32,000 nucleotides of DNA from Telmatocola sphagniphila (GTDB lineage: Bacteria > Planctomycetota > Planctomycetia > Gemmatales > Gemmataceae). How positions within the stretch are numbered: position 1 is the stretch's first letter; the number at the start of each line of letters is the position of its first letter. The translations under genes and the position numbers were made by a program. The stretch is from positions 270,001-302,000 of the forward strand of contig NZ_CP074694.1 of assembly GCF_018398935.1 (NCBI RefSeq), in the 5' to 3' direction. This document shows, piece after piece, positions 16,190 to 25,972 of this stretch. Under the pieces are notes generated by a model. The model saw only the letters and a list, made by a program, of their open reading frames with translations, was not told where the DNA came from and searched no databases.

Positions 16190-18505
16190 ATGCCCAAGGA
16201 CCCTCTCATGTCGGATATCGCCGAGTATTATCCCCCGAATCCTTCAGGTGTTCCCGAAGATCTGACGTTACCTTCCGGGAGCTATCAGTCCCGGGTAACT
16301 CTAGTACTGTGCAGTCTATTGTTATTCGTTTTATTGTACTTCGCGATGGTCGGCGGTTCGGCCTATCTGAGCTACAAGCTTTTTAGCATGACGGGAAATA
16401 CCAAGCCTCGTTCTGTGCCCGCCACAAATTTCAATAACCGAACGACTTCCCGACCGGGATCGCAAATTCTGGAGAAGGAAGAATTCTGGTACATCGTCGG
16501 CGGAATCGCTTCGGGTGTTTTATGTCTCTATCTCATCAAGGGCTTCTTCAAAAGGCGGGAAAGCGATCCTTCGATGATGATCGAAATTCAGCGGAAGGAT
16601 CAACCCCGGTTGTTCTCATTCATTGATCAGATCTGTGAAGATACGGGAGCTCCCGAGCCCCACAAGATCTTTCTCACTCCCGAGGTGAATGCGGCCGTTT
16701 TCTACCACGAATCGCTACTCAGTCTGGTCCGTAAAACGCCAAAGAATCTGCTCATAGGGCTGGGTTTGGTCAATCGTCTCAATTTAAGCGAGTTCAAGGC
16801 CGTACTTGCTCATGAATTCGGACACTTCTCCCAAAACAGCATGAAGCTAGGCACCTACGTTTACACCGCCAATCGAGTCGTGGGAGATTTGGTGTATGGC
16901 CGGGATAAACTCGATGGATTCATTGACACCATGAAGCGAGTTGATATCCGGGTCAGCATCTTTTTTTATGCGTTTTCCGCCGTGCTTTGGATACTCCGAA
17001 AGTTCCTGGAATTGGTCTTTAAGGCCATTAACTTCGCCAATTTTTCGCTGTCCCGCCAAATGGAATTTAACGCGGATCTGGTTGCCGTCAGCGTAACCGG
17101 GAGCGATGCCTTGATTTTCGCACTCTCGAAGTTGGATCTGGCTTCCGAAGCACTCGGGCAGGCGGCGAAAGATCTTAACACGGCCGCTGATCATAAGCTC
17201 TATACTCGCGATTTGTTCTATCACCAGACCTGTGCCCTTGAGTTACTTCGCCGCATTCGAAAGAATCCGAATCTGGGAGAATCACCTGCATTGCCCGAGG
17301 ATCCGACGAAGACGGTGGCCGTTTTCAAAGCAGGGGACGAAGGTGCTCCTTCGATGTGGGCTACACACCCTTCCAATTACGATCGGGAACAAAACGCCAA
17401 GGAAATTTACGTTCGAGGGGAGATCGACGAACGATCTCCCTGGATATTGTTCGACGATAAAGCCGAAGTACGCGAACGCCTGACCCGGCGCTTTTACAAG
17501 ATTGTCTACAAACTGATTAAGCCTGCTCTTCAAGATCCGGCCAAGGTTCAGGAATTCATCGATAACGAACACAACGAGATAATGTACGACCCCCGGTATC
17601 AGGGAATGTTCGATTCGCGCTACATCAAACCGGGAAATCTCGAAGAGATCGTACAAGAAGCACAAGATCTGGCGAGTTCGAAGCGAGCTCCGGAACACTC
17701 ACACGAGACGCTCTTTAGCGAGGATCTGAAAAATCGCATGGAGAAGCATCGCGAACGACTTGGGGAACAGCAACTTTTGAACGGTTTGCAGTCTGGAGAA
17801 TATACGCTCAAGGGAAAAGATTTAAAGATTCGCGAAGAGACGATTCGTTTGAAGGACATCTCCAAATTTTTAAGGAAACTCGATAAGGAATTGGATGAGG
17901 ATTATTCGGAACTGGGGAAGCTCGATCGGCTGATTATTCGAACCCACCTTCACATGGCCTACCTCTCAAACCGAACGGCTGCGGAAGAGCTCAGGAGTCG
18001 CTACGAATTCCATTTAAAACTTCAGGAAATTTTGAAACAGTTGATAGGACAGCGGGATCACGTGATGTCGTTGCTGGCCGCTCAATCCGCTAAGAGCCAA
18101 GTCAGTCCGGCAGAGTTCAAGGAAATGGTCGCCGCACTGCGGGAAGCTCGCGATACGCTGGAAACGCAACTTGCTGTGGCCGCCGGGATGAGTCTGCCCG
18201 CTCTCAAAAATATAAACCAGGGAGAATCGTTGTCCGTGTTTCTGCTATCCGAACCTCTAGTACCGCGGATCTCGAAATCGGCTAGTTCTCTGGACGGCGA
18301 GACGCTGGGCGCACTGCTGAATCAACTCGGCACAGTAATCGATAAGTGCGAACGCCTCCACTTCAAGAGCTTGGGTAACATCCTCAGCCTGCAGGAGAAG
18401 ATCGAGAGAGAATTCAAAGACCCGTCTCAACGTCCGGGCTCGATTCCGGAAAAGAAACCGGAACTAGTTGCCGAGGAAACTGGAGAAGTTTACGAGATCG
18501 ATTAG
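16190..18505 (+). CDS. Membrane-anchored M48-family zinc metallopeptidase with a long C-terminal helical extension
   Basis: The track ORF opens at TTG 16100. ATG 16190, or ATG 16208 (AAGGA 7 nt upstream), is more likely. Two TM helices. HEXXH is at nt 16811-16825 (LAHEFGHF), and the downstream SRQMEFNADLVAV supplies the third-ligand Glu motif of the M48/HtpX-like family. About 450 further residues are predicted helical with no recognised domain. Confidence 0.8.
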   Translation: MPKDPLMSDIAEYYPPNPSGVPEDLTLPSGSYQSRVTLVLCSLLLFVLLYFAMVGGSAYLSYKLFSMTGNTKPRSVPATNFNNRTTSRPGSQILEKEEFWYIVGGIASGVLCLYLIKGFFKRRESDPSMMIEIQRKDQPRLFSFIDQICEDTGAPEPHKIFLTPEVNAAVFYHESLLSLVRKTPKNLLIGLGLVNRLNLSEFKAVLAHEFGHFSQNSMKLGTYVYTANRVVGDLVYGRDKLDGFIDTMKRVDIRVSIFFYAFSAVLWILRKFLELVFKAINFANFSLSRQMEFNADLVAVSVTGSDALIFALSKLDLASEALGQAAKDLNTAADHKLYTRDLFYHQTCALELLRRIRKNPNLGESPALPEDPTKTVAVFKAGDEGAPSMWATHPSNYDREQNAKEIYVRGEIDERSPWILFDDKAEVRERLTRRFYKIVYKLIKPALQDPAKVQEFIDNEHNEIMYDPRYQGMFDSRYIKPGNLEEIVQEAQDLASSKRAPEHSHETLFSEDLKNRMEKHRERLGEQQLLNGLQSGEYTLKGKDLKIREETIRLKDISKFLRKLDKELDEDYSELGKLDRLIIRTHLHMAYLSNRTAAEELRSRYEFHLKLQEILKQLIGQRDHVMSLLAAQSAKSQVSPAEFKEMVAALREARDTLETQLAVAAGMSLPALKNINQGESLSVFLLSEPLVPRISKSASSLDGETLGALLNQLGTVIDKCERLHFKSLGNILSLQEKIEREFKDPSQRPGSIPEKKPELVAEETGEVYEID

Positions 18506-18669
18506 ACGAACCAATCGCCCTTAGTTTTAAAATCGATTTATCCTCATCCTGATAGTGCGGGGCGCTCCGCACGCTAAAAATCCACCCTGGAAACCTGAGT
18601 TGCCCGGGAGATGGCCTTCACATCGCTTCCGAAAAGCCTATTCTTGAAGTTACAGAAAGGCGGTTAGAG

Positions 18670-20625
18670 ATGACCTCTCCCAACACCAATATTACCAGCG
18701 TGCTCAAGGAGAGCCGCATATTTCCTCCCGATCCCGGGTTCACGGCCAAGGCCCACATCAAATCGGTAGTCGAGTACGAAGAGCTCTGGCAGCGAGCTAA
18801 AGATAAGCCGGAAATTTTCTGGGGAGAAAGAGCGGAAAGCCTGCACTGGTTCACGCGCTGGAACAAAGTGCTGGAATGGAAGGAACCACATGCCAAGTGG
18901 TTTCTCGGCGGCAAACTGAATGCCGCGTATAACTGTTTGGACCGCCATCTTACGACGCATCGACGAAACAAAGCTGCATTGATTTTCGAAGGAGAACCAG
19001 GCGATTCCCGCACTCTGACGTATCAGCAACTGCACCGGGAAGTCTGCAAGTTTTCCAATGTCCTGAAGACGCTGGGAGTGGTTCCGGGGGATCGCATTAC
19101 CATCTATATGCCGATGATTCCCGAAGCGGTCATCGCCATGCTCAGCTGTGCACGGATTGGAGCCATGCACTCGGTCATCTTCGGGGGCTTCTCCGCTGAG
19201 GCAGTTGCGGAAAGGAACAACGACGCCAAAGCCAAATTGCTGATCACGGCCGACGGCGGATGGCGTCGCGGGAAAGTCGTTCCTTTGAAGCAGAACGTCA
19301 ATGACGCGCTGGCGAAATCACCCACGGTCGAAAAGTGCATCGTCTTCAACCGCTGCAATACTTCGGTGGAGATGCAGAAGGGCCGGGATCTGTGGTGGCA
19401 CGAACTGATGAACGAAGCTTCCGCGGATTGCCCCGCCGAGCCGTTCGATAGCGAGCACCCCCTCTTTTTGCTCTACACCAGCGGTTCCACCGGAAAGCCG
19501 AAAGGCATTTTGCATACTACCGCCGGTTACCTGTTGGGAACCTCCTACACCCATAAATTACTTTTCGACATCAAGGACGAAGATGTTTTCTTCTGTACCG
19601 CCGATGTGGGATGGATCACGGGCCATAGCTACATTGTCTATGGCCCGCTTTGCAACGGCACCACGGTGGTGATCTACGAAGGAGCCCCGAATCAGCCCCG
19701 GGAAGACCGCTTCTGGGAGATCATCGAGAAGTATAGCGTTAACATTCTCTACACCGCCCCCACGGCGATACGAGCCTTTATCAAATGGGGAAATCATTGG
19801 CCCAAGGGCCGGGATCTCTCGAGCCTGCGTTTGCTGGGAAGCGTGGGAGAGCCGATCAACCCCGAAGCCTGGATGTGGTATCACGACGTGATCGGCGGTG
19901 GTCGCTGTCCGATCGTCGATACCTGGTGGCAAACCGAAACGGGAGCCATCATGATTTCTCCGGTTCCTGGAGCCATTGGCACGAAGCCGGGTTCAGCTAC
20001 CAGACCTTTTCCTGGAGTAGTCGCCGAGGTGGTGGACAAAGGGGGTAACCCGGTTCCGGCGGGCTCGGGCGGCTTTCTGGTCATCAAACAACCTTGGCCG
20101 TCCATGCTGCGAACGATCTGGGGAGACGACGAACGCTATCATAAAACCTATTGGAGCCATTACCCCGGCTGGTATTTCACGGCCGATGGCGCTCGTCAGG
20201 ACGAAGATGGCTATTTCTGGGTGATGGGTCGGGTCGACGATGTCTTGAATGTTTCCGGCCACCGTTTAAGTACGATGGAAGTGGAAAGCGTTCTCGCACA
20301 ACACGCCAAGGTCGCGGAAGCCGCGGTGGTCGGCAAACCGGATGACATCAAGGGGGAAGGCATTTGCTGCTTCGTGACCCTGAAAGCCGGTGTCGAAAAA
20401 ACGGACGAGCTGAAAAAGGAATTGCGGGAACACGTCGCCCACGAGATCGGGGCGCTGGCTCGACCGGACGAAGTGCGCTTCACGGAAGCACTGCCCAAAA
20501 CCCGATCCGGCAAGATTATGCGTCGGTTGCTACGGGATATAGCCGCAAATCGTATCAGCACTCAGGATACTTCCACTCTCGAAGATCTCGCCGTGCTGGC
20601 AAAACTGCGGGATGATGAAGAATGA
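18670..20625 (+). CDS. acs: Acetyl-CoA synthetase (AMP-forming)
   Basis: 651 aa. [14 protein letters not shown]-binding signature, WWQTETG, and C-terminal [15 protein letters not shown]. Collinear with canonical Acs over its full length. Confidence 0.95.
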   Translation: MTSPNTNITSVLKESRIFPPDPGFTAKAHIKSVVEYEELWQRAKDKPEIFWGERAESLHWFTRWNKVLEWKEPHAKWFLGGKLNAAYNCLDRHLTTHRRNKAALIFEGEPGDSRTLTYQQLHREVCKFSNVLKTLGVVPGDRITIYMPMIPEAVIAMLSCARIGAMHSVIFGGFSAEAVAERNNDAKAKLLITADGGWRRGKVVPLKQNVNDALAKSPTVEKCIVFNRCNTSVEMQKGRDLWWHELMNEASADCPAEPFDSEHPLFLLYTSGSTGKPKGILHTTAGYLLGTSYTHKLLFDIKDEDVFFCTADVGWITGHSYIVYGPLCNGTTVVIYEGAPNQPREDRFWEIIEKYSVNILYTAPTAIRAFIKWGNHWPKGRDLSSLRLLGSVGEPINPEAWMWYHDVIGGGRCPIVDTWWQTETGAIMISPVPGAIGTKPGSATRPFPGVVAEVVDKGGNPVPAGSGGFLVIKQPWPSMLRTIWGDDERYHKTYWSHYPGWYFTADGARQDEDGYFWVMGRVDDVLNVSGHRLSTMEVESVLAQHAKVAEAAVVGKPDDIKGEGICCFVTLKAGVEKTDELKKELREHVAHEIGALARPDEVRFTEALPKTRSGKIMRRLLRDIAANRISTQDTSTLEDLAVLAKLRDDEE

Positions 20626-20688
20626 CACTCATCCGCTTTTGGATGATCCACAAAAGCTCGAAGTTGAAATAACTCTGGAGAATTCTCG

Positions 20689-21720
20689 ATGTTCCTCTCT
20701 CGACGATGTTTTCTCGGTCTGAGTGCCGCGGTTGCACTCGCCTTACCCGCATGTAATAAAGGGGACGGCAAGTCGGATTCGGGTGGCGGCGGTGGTGGAA
20801 AACCCCGCGTGGCCATCGTGACGAACGTCACGGCCGATTTCTGGAAAATCTGCGAAGCCGGGGCGAAGAAAGGAGCGGCGGAATTTGGGGTCGATCTGAT
20901 CTTCCGCCAACCCTCCAAAGGGGACGTCTCCGTTCAGAAAGAAGTGATTGATGCTGTCACCAAGCAAGGTATCAAGGGCATTGCCATCAGCGTCTTTAAA
21001 CCGGAAGAGCAGAGCAACGATCTGAAGCTCATCGCTGAAAAAATGCCGCTGATCACCATGGATAACGATGCGGTCGATTCCGGTCGGCTCTGCTACGTCG
21101 GCACCGATAACTACGAAGCGGGTAAGGCGGCCGGTCAACTGGTGAAAGAAGCCCTGCCCGAGGGAGGAACGGTAGTGATTTATGTCGGGAGTAAGGATCC
21201 CGCTAATGCTCGGCAGCGAGCTCAGGGTGTGATGGATACTCTGGCTGGAACGAAGGATGCTAAAGGGCCGAAGCTCGGCAAGTATGAACTTTATTCGAAC
21301 GATATCATCACAGACGACAGTCAGCCGGCCAATTGCTTCAACAAGGCCAAAGACATTATGACCAAGTTGCTGGGCAACGACAAAATCTGCATGGTGGGTT
21401 TGTGGGCTTACAATGCCCCGGCTATCCTTCAGGCCGCCAAGGAAAAAGGCCTGACAGATAAAATCAAAATCGTCGGTTTCGACGAAGATCCCGATACCCT
21501 CACGGGCATTCAGGACGGCAAAATCTACGGCACGATCGTGCAGGATCCTTTTACTTTCGGCTACAAGTCGGTGGAAATTCTCGCCGCGTTGGCCAAAGGA
21601 GACAAATCCAAGCTGATGAAAGACCCCGTTCCTGTGAAAGTGGTGACGAAAGAGGGCGGGCCCGGCAAAGTCAAGGTGGATGAGTTCTGGGCGAATTTGA
21701 AGAAAATACTCGGTCAGTAA
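20689..21720 (+). CDS. Sugar-type ABC transporter periplasmic substrate-binding protein (RbsB/LsrB-like fold), probable lipoprotein
   Basis: 343 aa. Signal peptide ending LALPAC followed by a Gly-rich linker (SGGGGGGKP). VAIVTNVTADFWKICEAGAKKGAAEFGVDLIF and VGFDEDPDTLTGIQDGKIYGTIVQDPFTFGY are typical of Peripla_BP-type sugar binders. Confidence 0.85.
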   Translation: MFLSRRCFLGLSAAVALALPACNKGDGKSDSGGGGGGKPRVAIVTNVTADFWKICEAGAKKGAAEFGVDLIFRQPSKGDVSVQKEVIDAVTKQGIKGIAISVFKPEEQSNDLKLIAEKMPLITMDNDAVDSGRLCYVGTDNYEAGKAAGQLVKEALPEGGTVVIYVGSKDPANARQRAQGVMDTLAGTKDAKGPKLGKYELYSNDIITDDSQPANCFNKAKDIMTKLLGNDKICMVGLWAYNAPAILQAAKEKGLTDKIKIVGFDEDPDTLTGIQDGKIYGTIVQDPFTFGYKSVEILAALAKGDKSKLMKDPVPVKVVTKEGGPGKVKVDEFWANLKKILGQ

Positions 21721-21741
21721 ACCGAATGTCGCTCCTCCCTG

Positions 21742-24700
21742 TCACTTGGATTTTGGCGGGGTGGGAGCCTTATTCATTTGGATTTCCAATTCTTCTCTCA
21801 GCAGATCCAGGCTCAGTTTCTCGAAGCAGTTTAGAGAAGCTTCATTTTTATCCCGCCAGCTCTGCGAAGCTCGGAACCACCTTTGGGCTTCTTTGGGCGA
21901 TTTGCCCGATTCGCATAACGCCATCACTAAAGCGGCTCTCGGGATATCGAGGCCATCCAATGTCGGATTGGCCTCCAATAATAATTCGCAAGCAGAATCG
22001 GGCTTCCCGTCGCGATAAAGACTGGCCGCCAGCAGAATGCTTTTCGATTGATGATCCGTCGGTTCATGCCCGACCCGGTTAATCATATCCTTGGCGAATT
22101 TCCGAGAATCGGCGCAGGAATCGAGAAGGCAAATCCAGGCGATGGCGGATGCGGTTTTTCCATGCACTGATTCCCCGGCCTGATCTACAAGTTTCTTGAG
22201 ATTCGACTGAAAGGACGCTTTGTCGTTGATCGCTCGACTCGCCCAAGTGGCGGCAATCAAAACCTTCTGATCTTCTTTACCTAACTTGATCGCTGCCCGA
22301 TAGTTTTCCGACGCTTTCTGCCAATCTCCGAGCTCGGCATAGGCGTTGCCTAAACGGTAGACATAGTGGGCATTTGGCTTTCCATCCTTCGAAGACAAAA
22401 TCTGCTTGAGATGAAAGGTCACTGCGAACCAGTCTTTGTTCTTTTCCGCCTGAAGCGAAAGATATTCATGCCAGGCGGTAGTGGGGAAAACTTCCCTTTC
22501 GAAAACATCCCCATATTTGGCGGTTAAATCATCCTGCACGGACTTCAGCGAACTCGCATCCAGCGGAATCAAAGTGCCGCTTTTGTCGACGGAACATCCT
22601 GATAGCCAGCGCGAGATCAACACCAGTTCATCCGTGGACCGAAGATCGGGAGCCAAATCCCAGCCGGATTGCTGCTTCTCGGCCGACTCCAGAGCCTGCT
22701 GAACCCATCCAGTAGGTTTTAATACCGGGCTGACCATTTCGCCATTTTTCGTATCCCAAATTCGCACTGAATCGTCGATACAGTGCGTCACCACACAACT
22801 GCCATCAGAATTGAAGATGACTTTGTCCACGGTCCCGTTGTGCTTCAGCGGTGGGACGAGGGATTGATTGGTCTGGACATCCCAGACGCGAGCGGTGTTG
22901 TCCGAACTGGCGGTTGCCAGCATTTTTCCATCGGGGCTCAGCGAGGCGAATAAGATTTCCGAGCCATGCCGCATCGGCTCGCCGATCGGTTCGCCCGAGG
23001 TGGTGCTCCAGATTTGTGCTGTTCTATCGGCGCTGGCCGTAAATATCTTTTCTCCGTCTGGCGTAAAACCCGCGGATAAAATGGGGCCGTTGTGAACGAT
23101 CGGCTTGCCGATTACTTTTGCGGAAGCGGAGTCCATAATGTTGATCAAGCTACCGTTTATGACCATGACGTAGCGACGATCAGGGCTGTATATCATCTTT
23201 TTGTTAGACTGTTCCAGATTGAATTCTTCCTCGTGAGTCATGATTTCCTGAAGCTCCCACAATCGCAATCCTCCATCGTCTGAGGCGGTGAGCAATGAGC
23301 TTCCGCTGGGACTGAAACAGACTCGGTAAACGCTGCCGTTGTGCCGCAGCGGAGGGGTGATCGGGTCTCCGGAAATGACATTCCAAACGCGGGCGGCATT
23401 ATCTTCGCTGCCGGTCGCGATCATCTGACCATCGGGGCTGAACATTTCGCAGAGGATCGGGGCTTCGTGCTTCATCACCATCGGTCGAAAATCTTTCGTG
23501 GCGAGATTCCAGATTCGCGCATGCCCAGTCAGATTGGCGGTCGAAATCTGATTTCCCGCCGGGCTGAATCCGCAGTCCGAGGTGGATCCCCCCAGTCGAA
23601 TAATCTGGCCGTAGGGCTCGCCCGTTTTTACGGTCCAGACTCGACAGGTTTTATCCGAACTGGCCGTGACCACTTGATCGGCGGTCGGCGAAAAATGGGC
23701 TCGAATGATTGGCCCTTGCATGGCGAGCACCGGGCTGACCGGTTTGCCGGTAGCGGAATCCCAAACCCGGGCCGTCTGATCCACAGAGCAGGTCAGAAAC
23801 CAACTGCCGGTGGCGGCAAACTCTCCATGGGTGATTGGCCCGGAGTGACGGATGCTGAAGCTCAGTTCCTCCTCGAGAGTAATATCGAAAATTCGCGCGG
23901 TACCATCTGTTGAGGTTGAAAGCAGGAGTTTCGAATCAGGACTAAACGACAGGCTGGTGATTTCCTCGCCATCATCTTCCAGGAACTCGACCGATTTTTG
24001 ATCCTGAAGACTCCAGATTCGCGGGTGTCCGTCCGCGCAGGCGGTTGCCAGCCATTTGCCATCCGGGCTGAATAGAATTTTGGTAACAGCTGCGGGATGC
24101 TCGAACGCGAGGGCCGTTTTTTTGGTCTTTTCCGGTTTCAGGGAATAAAGCCGAGCGTGATTATCCCAGCAGGCGGCGGCCACCCAGAAGCCATCCGGAC
24201 TGAATGCCGCATCCCGGACTTTGCCTTCGTGAAACCAGGCCCTCACCAGCATGGGGCACTGTCGAAGGACCGAACCCAACCGAACGCGGTGCATTCCTTC
24301 TCGTGAGGCAACGCCGTTTTCTAGACGCAAGGCCTCGGCAAACAGCGGCAAGGCTCGCATCAGGTCTCCCTGCTGCAGGTACTGAGTTCCGTTTTGAACT
24401 GTCAGCCGGATGCCTCGTTCGAGCGCCGCATTCTGCTCTTCTCCCAATTTGTCGCGCTGTTCTTGAGCGAGCGCTAAGGCCTTTTGTAGCTTCGCATTGT
24501 AAATCAGACCAAAGCCGACAAGCACGACCAGCGAGAGGGCGCCCAACAGAATCATCCCACTATAGGTGGGATGTGATCGAATCCACTTTCGAACCTTCTC
24601 CGAACGGGTGGCGGCCCGGGCGGAGATGGTATCCCCATCGAGAAATTTTTTGAGATCATCACTCAGTTCCAAACCGGAGGCGTAGCGTTTCTCCGGCTTT

Positions 24701-25719
24701 TTCTCCAGGCATTTGAGTGTGATGATTTCCAGATCGCGCGGGATCTTGGGATTCTTAATCCGTAACCGCTCCGGCTCATCCCGGATCACTTTCAGGATTA
24801 ATTCCAGCGGCGATTCGCTCTCAAAGGGCGGTGCCCCCGTCAGCATCTCATAGAGGATTGCACCCAGGGCGTAAACGTCCGTGCTGGGACCAATTTGCTT
24901 GATGTGACCGGCCGCTTGCTCCGGAGCCATGTAAGCTGGGGTGCCCATGATCGCCCCCGATTGAGTCTGACCGGTGGCAGATTCCAATCGTTTGGCCAAT
25001 CCAAAATCGGTGATTTTGGGTATACCGTATGGGTGCTGGGCGAAAAAAATATTCGAGGCTATCGACTTATTTCCGCTGTCCCCGGTGGGCGCCGTTTTGC
25101 TGAGAAGAATATTCGCCGGTTTCAGATCGCGGTGAATGATGCCCAGTGCGTGCGCGGCCGCCATCGCGTTGGCGAGAGTTTGTATCAAGGCGGCGGCGTG
25201 CCGGGGATTTTGGGGCTTGCCTGCTATTGCCTGAGAGAGATTGCCGCCATCGACAAACTCCAGTGAGAAGAAAGGTCGGCCGCTGATCTCGTTGACTTCG
25301 TAGATTTGAACGATGTTCGGATGCTGAAGTTGAGCGACGGATTCGGCCTCCGCCTGGAAGCGCTGACGATGCTCACGCCCGGCGTGTTCGGCCGCCAGAA
25401 TCATTTTGATGGCCACCAGCCGGTTCAGACCGATCTGACGAGCCTTGTAAACCACGCCCATGCCGCCGCGGCCAAGCTCTTCCAGAATTTCGTAGCCGGG
25501 AATTTCGATGCGGCGAAGTAAGGAAGAATCGGAAATCGCTTCGGAGGGCATGGAGATCGGACTTTTAACAAATTCCGTGGCTTGGGGCGTTCCTGCGTGG
25601 CTGGAGGGAAGATCTATAGTGGCTCCCTGGCCGGGGAGTGACAGTTGGTCCTGGGGTACAGCGGTTTTTGCACCGGGTTGATAAGCGACCGTCGGATCAT
25701 TCGATGGAGGAACGCTCAT
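21742..25719 (-). CDS. Hanks-type Ser/Thr protein kinase - TM - WD40 repeat array - TPR-like C-terminal domain
   Basis: 1325 aa. The kinase is aa ~75-360 (GRGGMGVVYKA, VAIK, HRDLKPANILL, DFG, APE), with one TM at aa ~385-406. At least 12 WD40-like repeats span aa ~495-1000 (FSPDG...D.TARVW pattern). A TPR-like helical region occupies aa ~1100-1300. Confidence 0.93.
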   Translation of the reverse strand: MSVPPSNDPTVAYQPGAKTAVPQDQLSLPGQGATIDLPSSHAGTPQATEFVKSPISMPSEAISDSSLLRRIEIPGYEILEELGRGGMGVVYKARQIGLNRLVAIKMILAAEHAGREHRQRFQAEAESVAQLQHPNIVQIYEVNEISGRPFFSLEFVDGGNLSQAIAGKPQNPRHAAALIQTLANAMAAAHALGIIHRDLKPANILLSKTAPTGDSGNKSIASNIFFAQHPYGIPKITDFGLAKRLESATGQTQSGAIMGTPAYMAPEQAAGHIKQIGPSTDVYALGAILYEMLTGAPPFESESPLELILKVIRDEPERLRIKNPKIPRDLEIITLKCLEKKPEKRYASGLELSDDLKKFLDGDTISARAATRSEKVRKWIRSHPTYSGMILLGALSLVVLVGFGLIYNAKLQKALALAQEQRDKLGEEQNAALERGIRLTVQNGTQYLQQGDLMRALPLFAEALRLENGVASREGMHRVRLGSVLRQCPMLVRAWFHEGKVRDAAFSPDGFWVAAACWDNHARLYSLKPEKTKKTALAFEHPAAVTKILFSPDGKWLATACADGHPRIWSLQDQKSVEFLEDDGEEITSLSFSPDSKLLLSTSTDGTARIFDITLEEELSFSIRHSGPITHGEFAATGSWFLTCSVDQTARVWDSATGKPVSPVLAMQGPIIRAHFSPTADQVVTASSDKTCRVWTVKTGEPYGQIIRLGGSTSDCGFSPAGNQISTANLTGHARIWNLATKDFRPMVMKHEAPILCEMFSPDGQMIATGSEDNAARVWNVISGDPITPPLRHNGSVYRVCFSPSGSSLLTASDDGGLRLWELQEIMTHEEEFNLEQSNKKMIYSPDRRYVMVINGSLINIMDSASAKVIGKPIVHNGPILSAGFTPDGEKIFTASADRTAQIWSTTSGEPIGEPMRHGSEILFASLSPDGKMLATASSDNTARVWDVQTNQSLVPPLKHNGTVDKVIFNSDGSCVVTHCIDDSVRIWDTKNGEMVSPVLKPTGWVQQALESAEKQQSGWDLAPDLRSTDELVLISRWLSGCSVDKSGTLIPLDASSLKSVQDDLTAKYGDVFEREVFPTTAWHEYLSLQAEKNKDWFAVTFHLKQILSSKDGKPNAHYVYRLGNAYAELGDWQKASENYRAAIKLGKEDQKVLIAATWASRAINDKASFQSNLKKLVDQAGESVHGKTASAIAWICLLDSCADSRKFAKDMINRVGHEPTDHQSKSILLAASLYRDGKPDSACELLLEANPTLDGLDIPRAALVMALCESGKSPKEAQRWFRASQSWRDKNEASLNCFEKLSLDLLREELEIQMNKAPTPPKSK

Positions 25720-25972
25720 GGGAAAAACCTGACCGCTTGAAAACTCTGGAGGCGTTATTCGTGGTTCTAATTCATTACAGCTTCTAATCGTGATGTTAGC
25801 AAGCCAGACAAGTTGCGTAATTCGAAACTATTCTACGGATTGTAGCGGGGCCGACGGTTATCCGAATTCTCGGATTCTGACTTTCGAATTTTCCGGCCTG
25901 ATAGCGTGCTGAATAATACAATCCAATATCATCCCTCTGTCGCCCTTCGAACGACTACTGGAGCATCACCTT

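Noticed and set aside
22690-24237. The WD40 region as a possible DNA repeat array or CRISPR-like periodicity
   Set aside because: The repetition exists only at the protein-motif level. The nucleotide sequences of the units are diverged, with no exact direct repeats or regular spacers.
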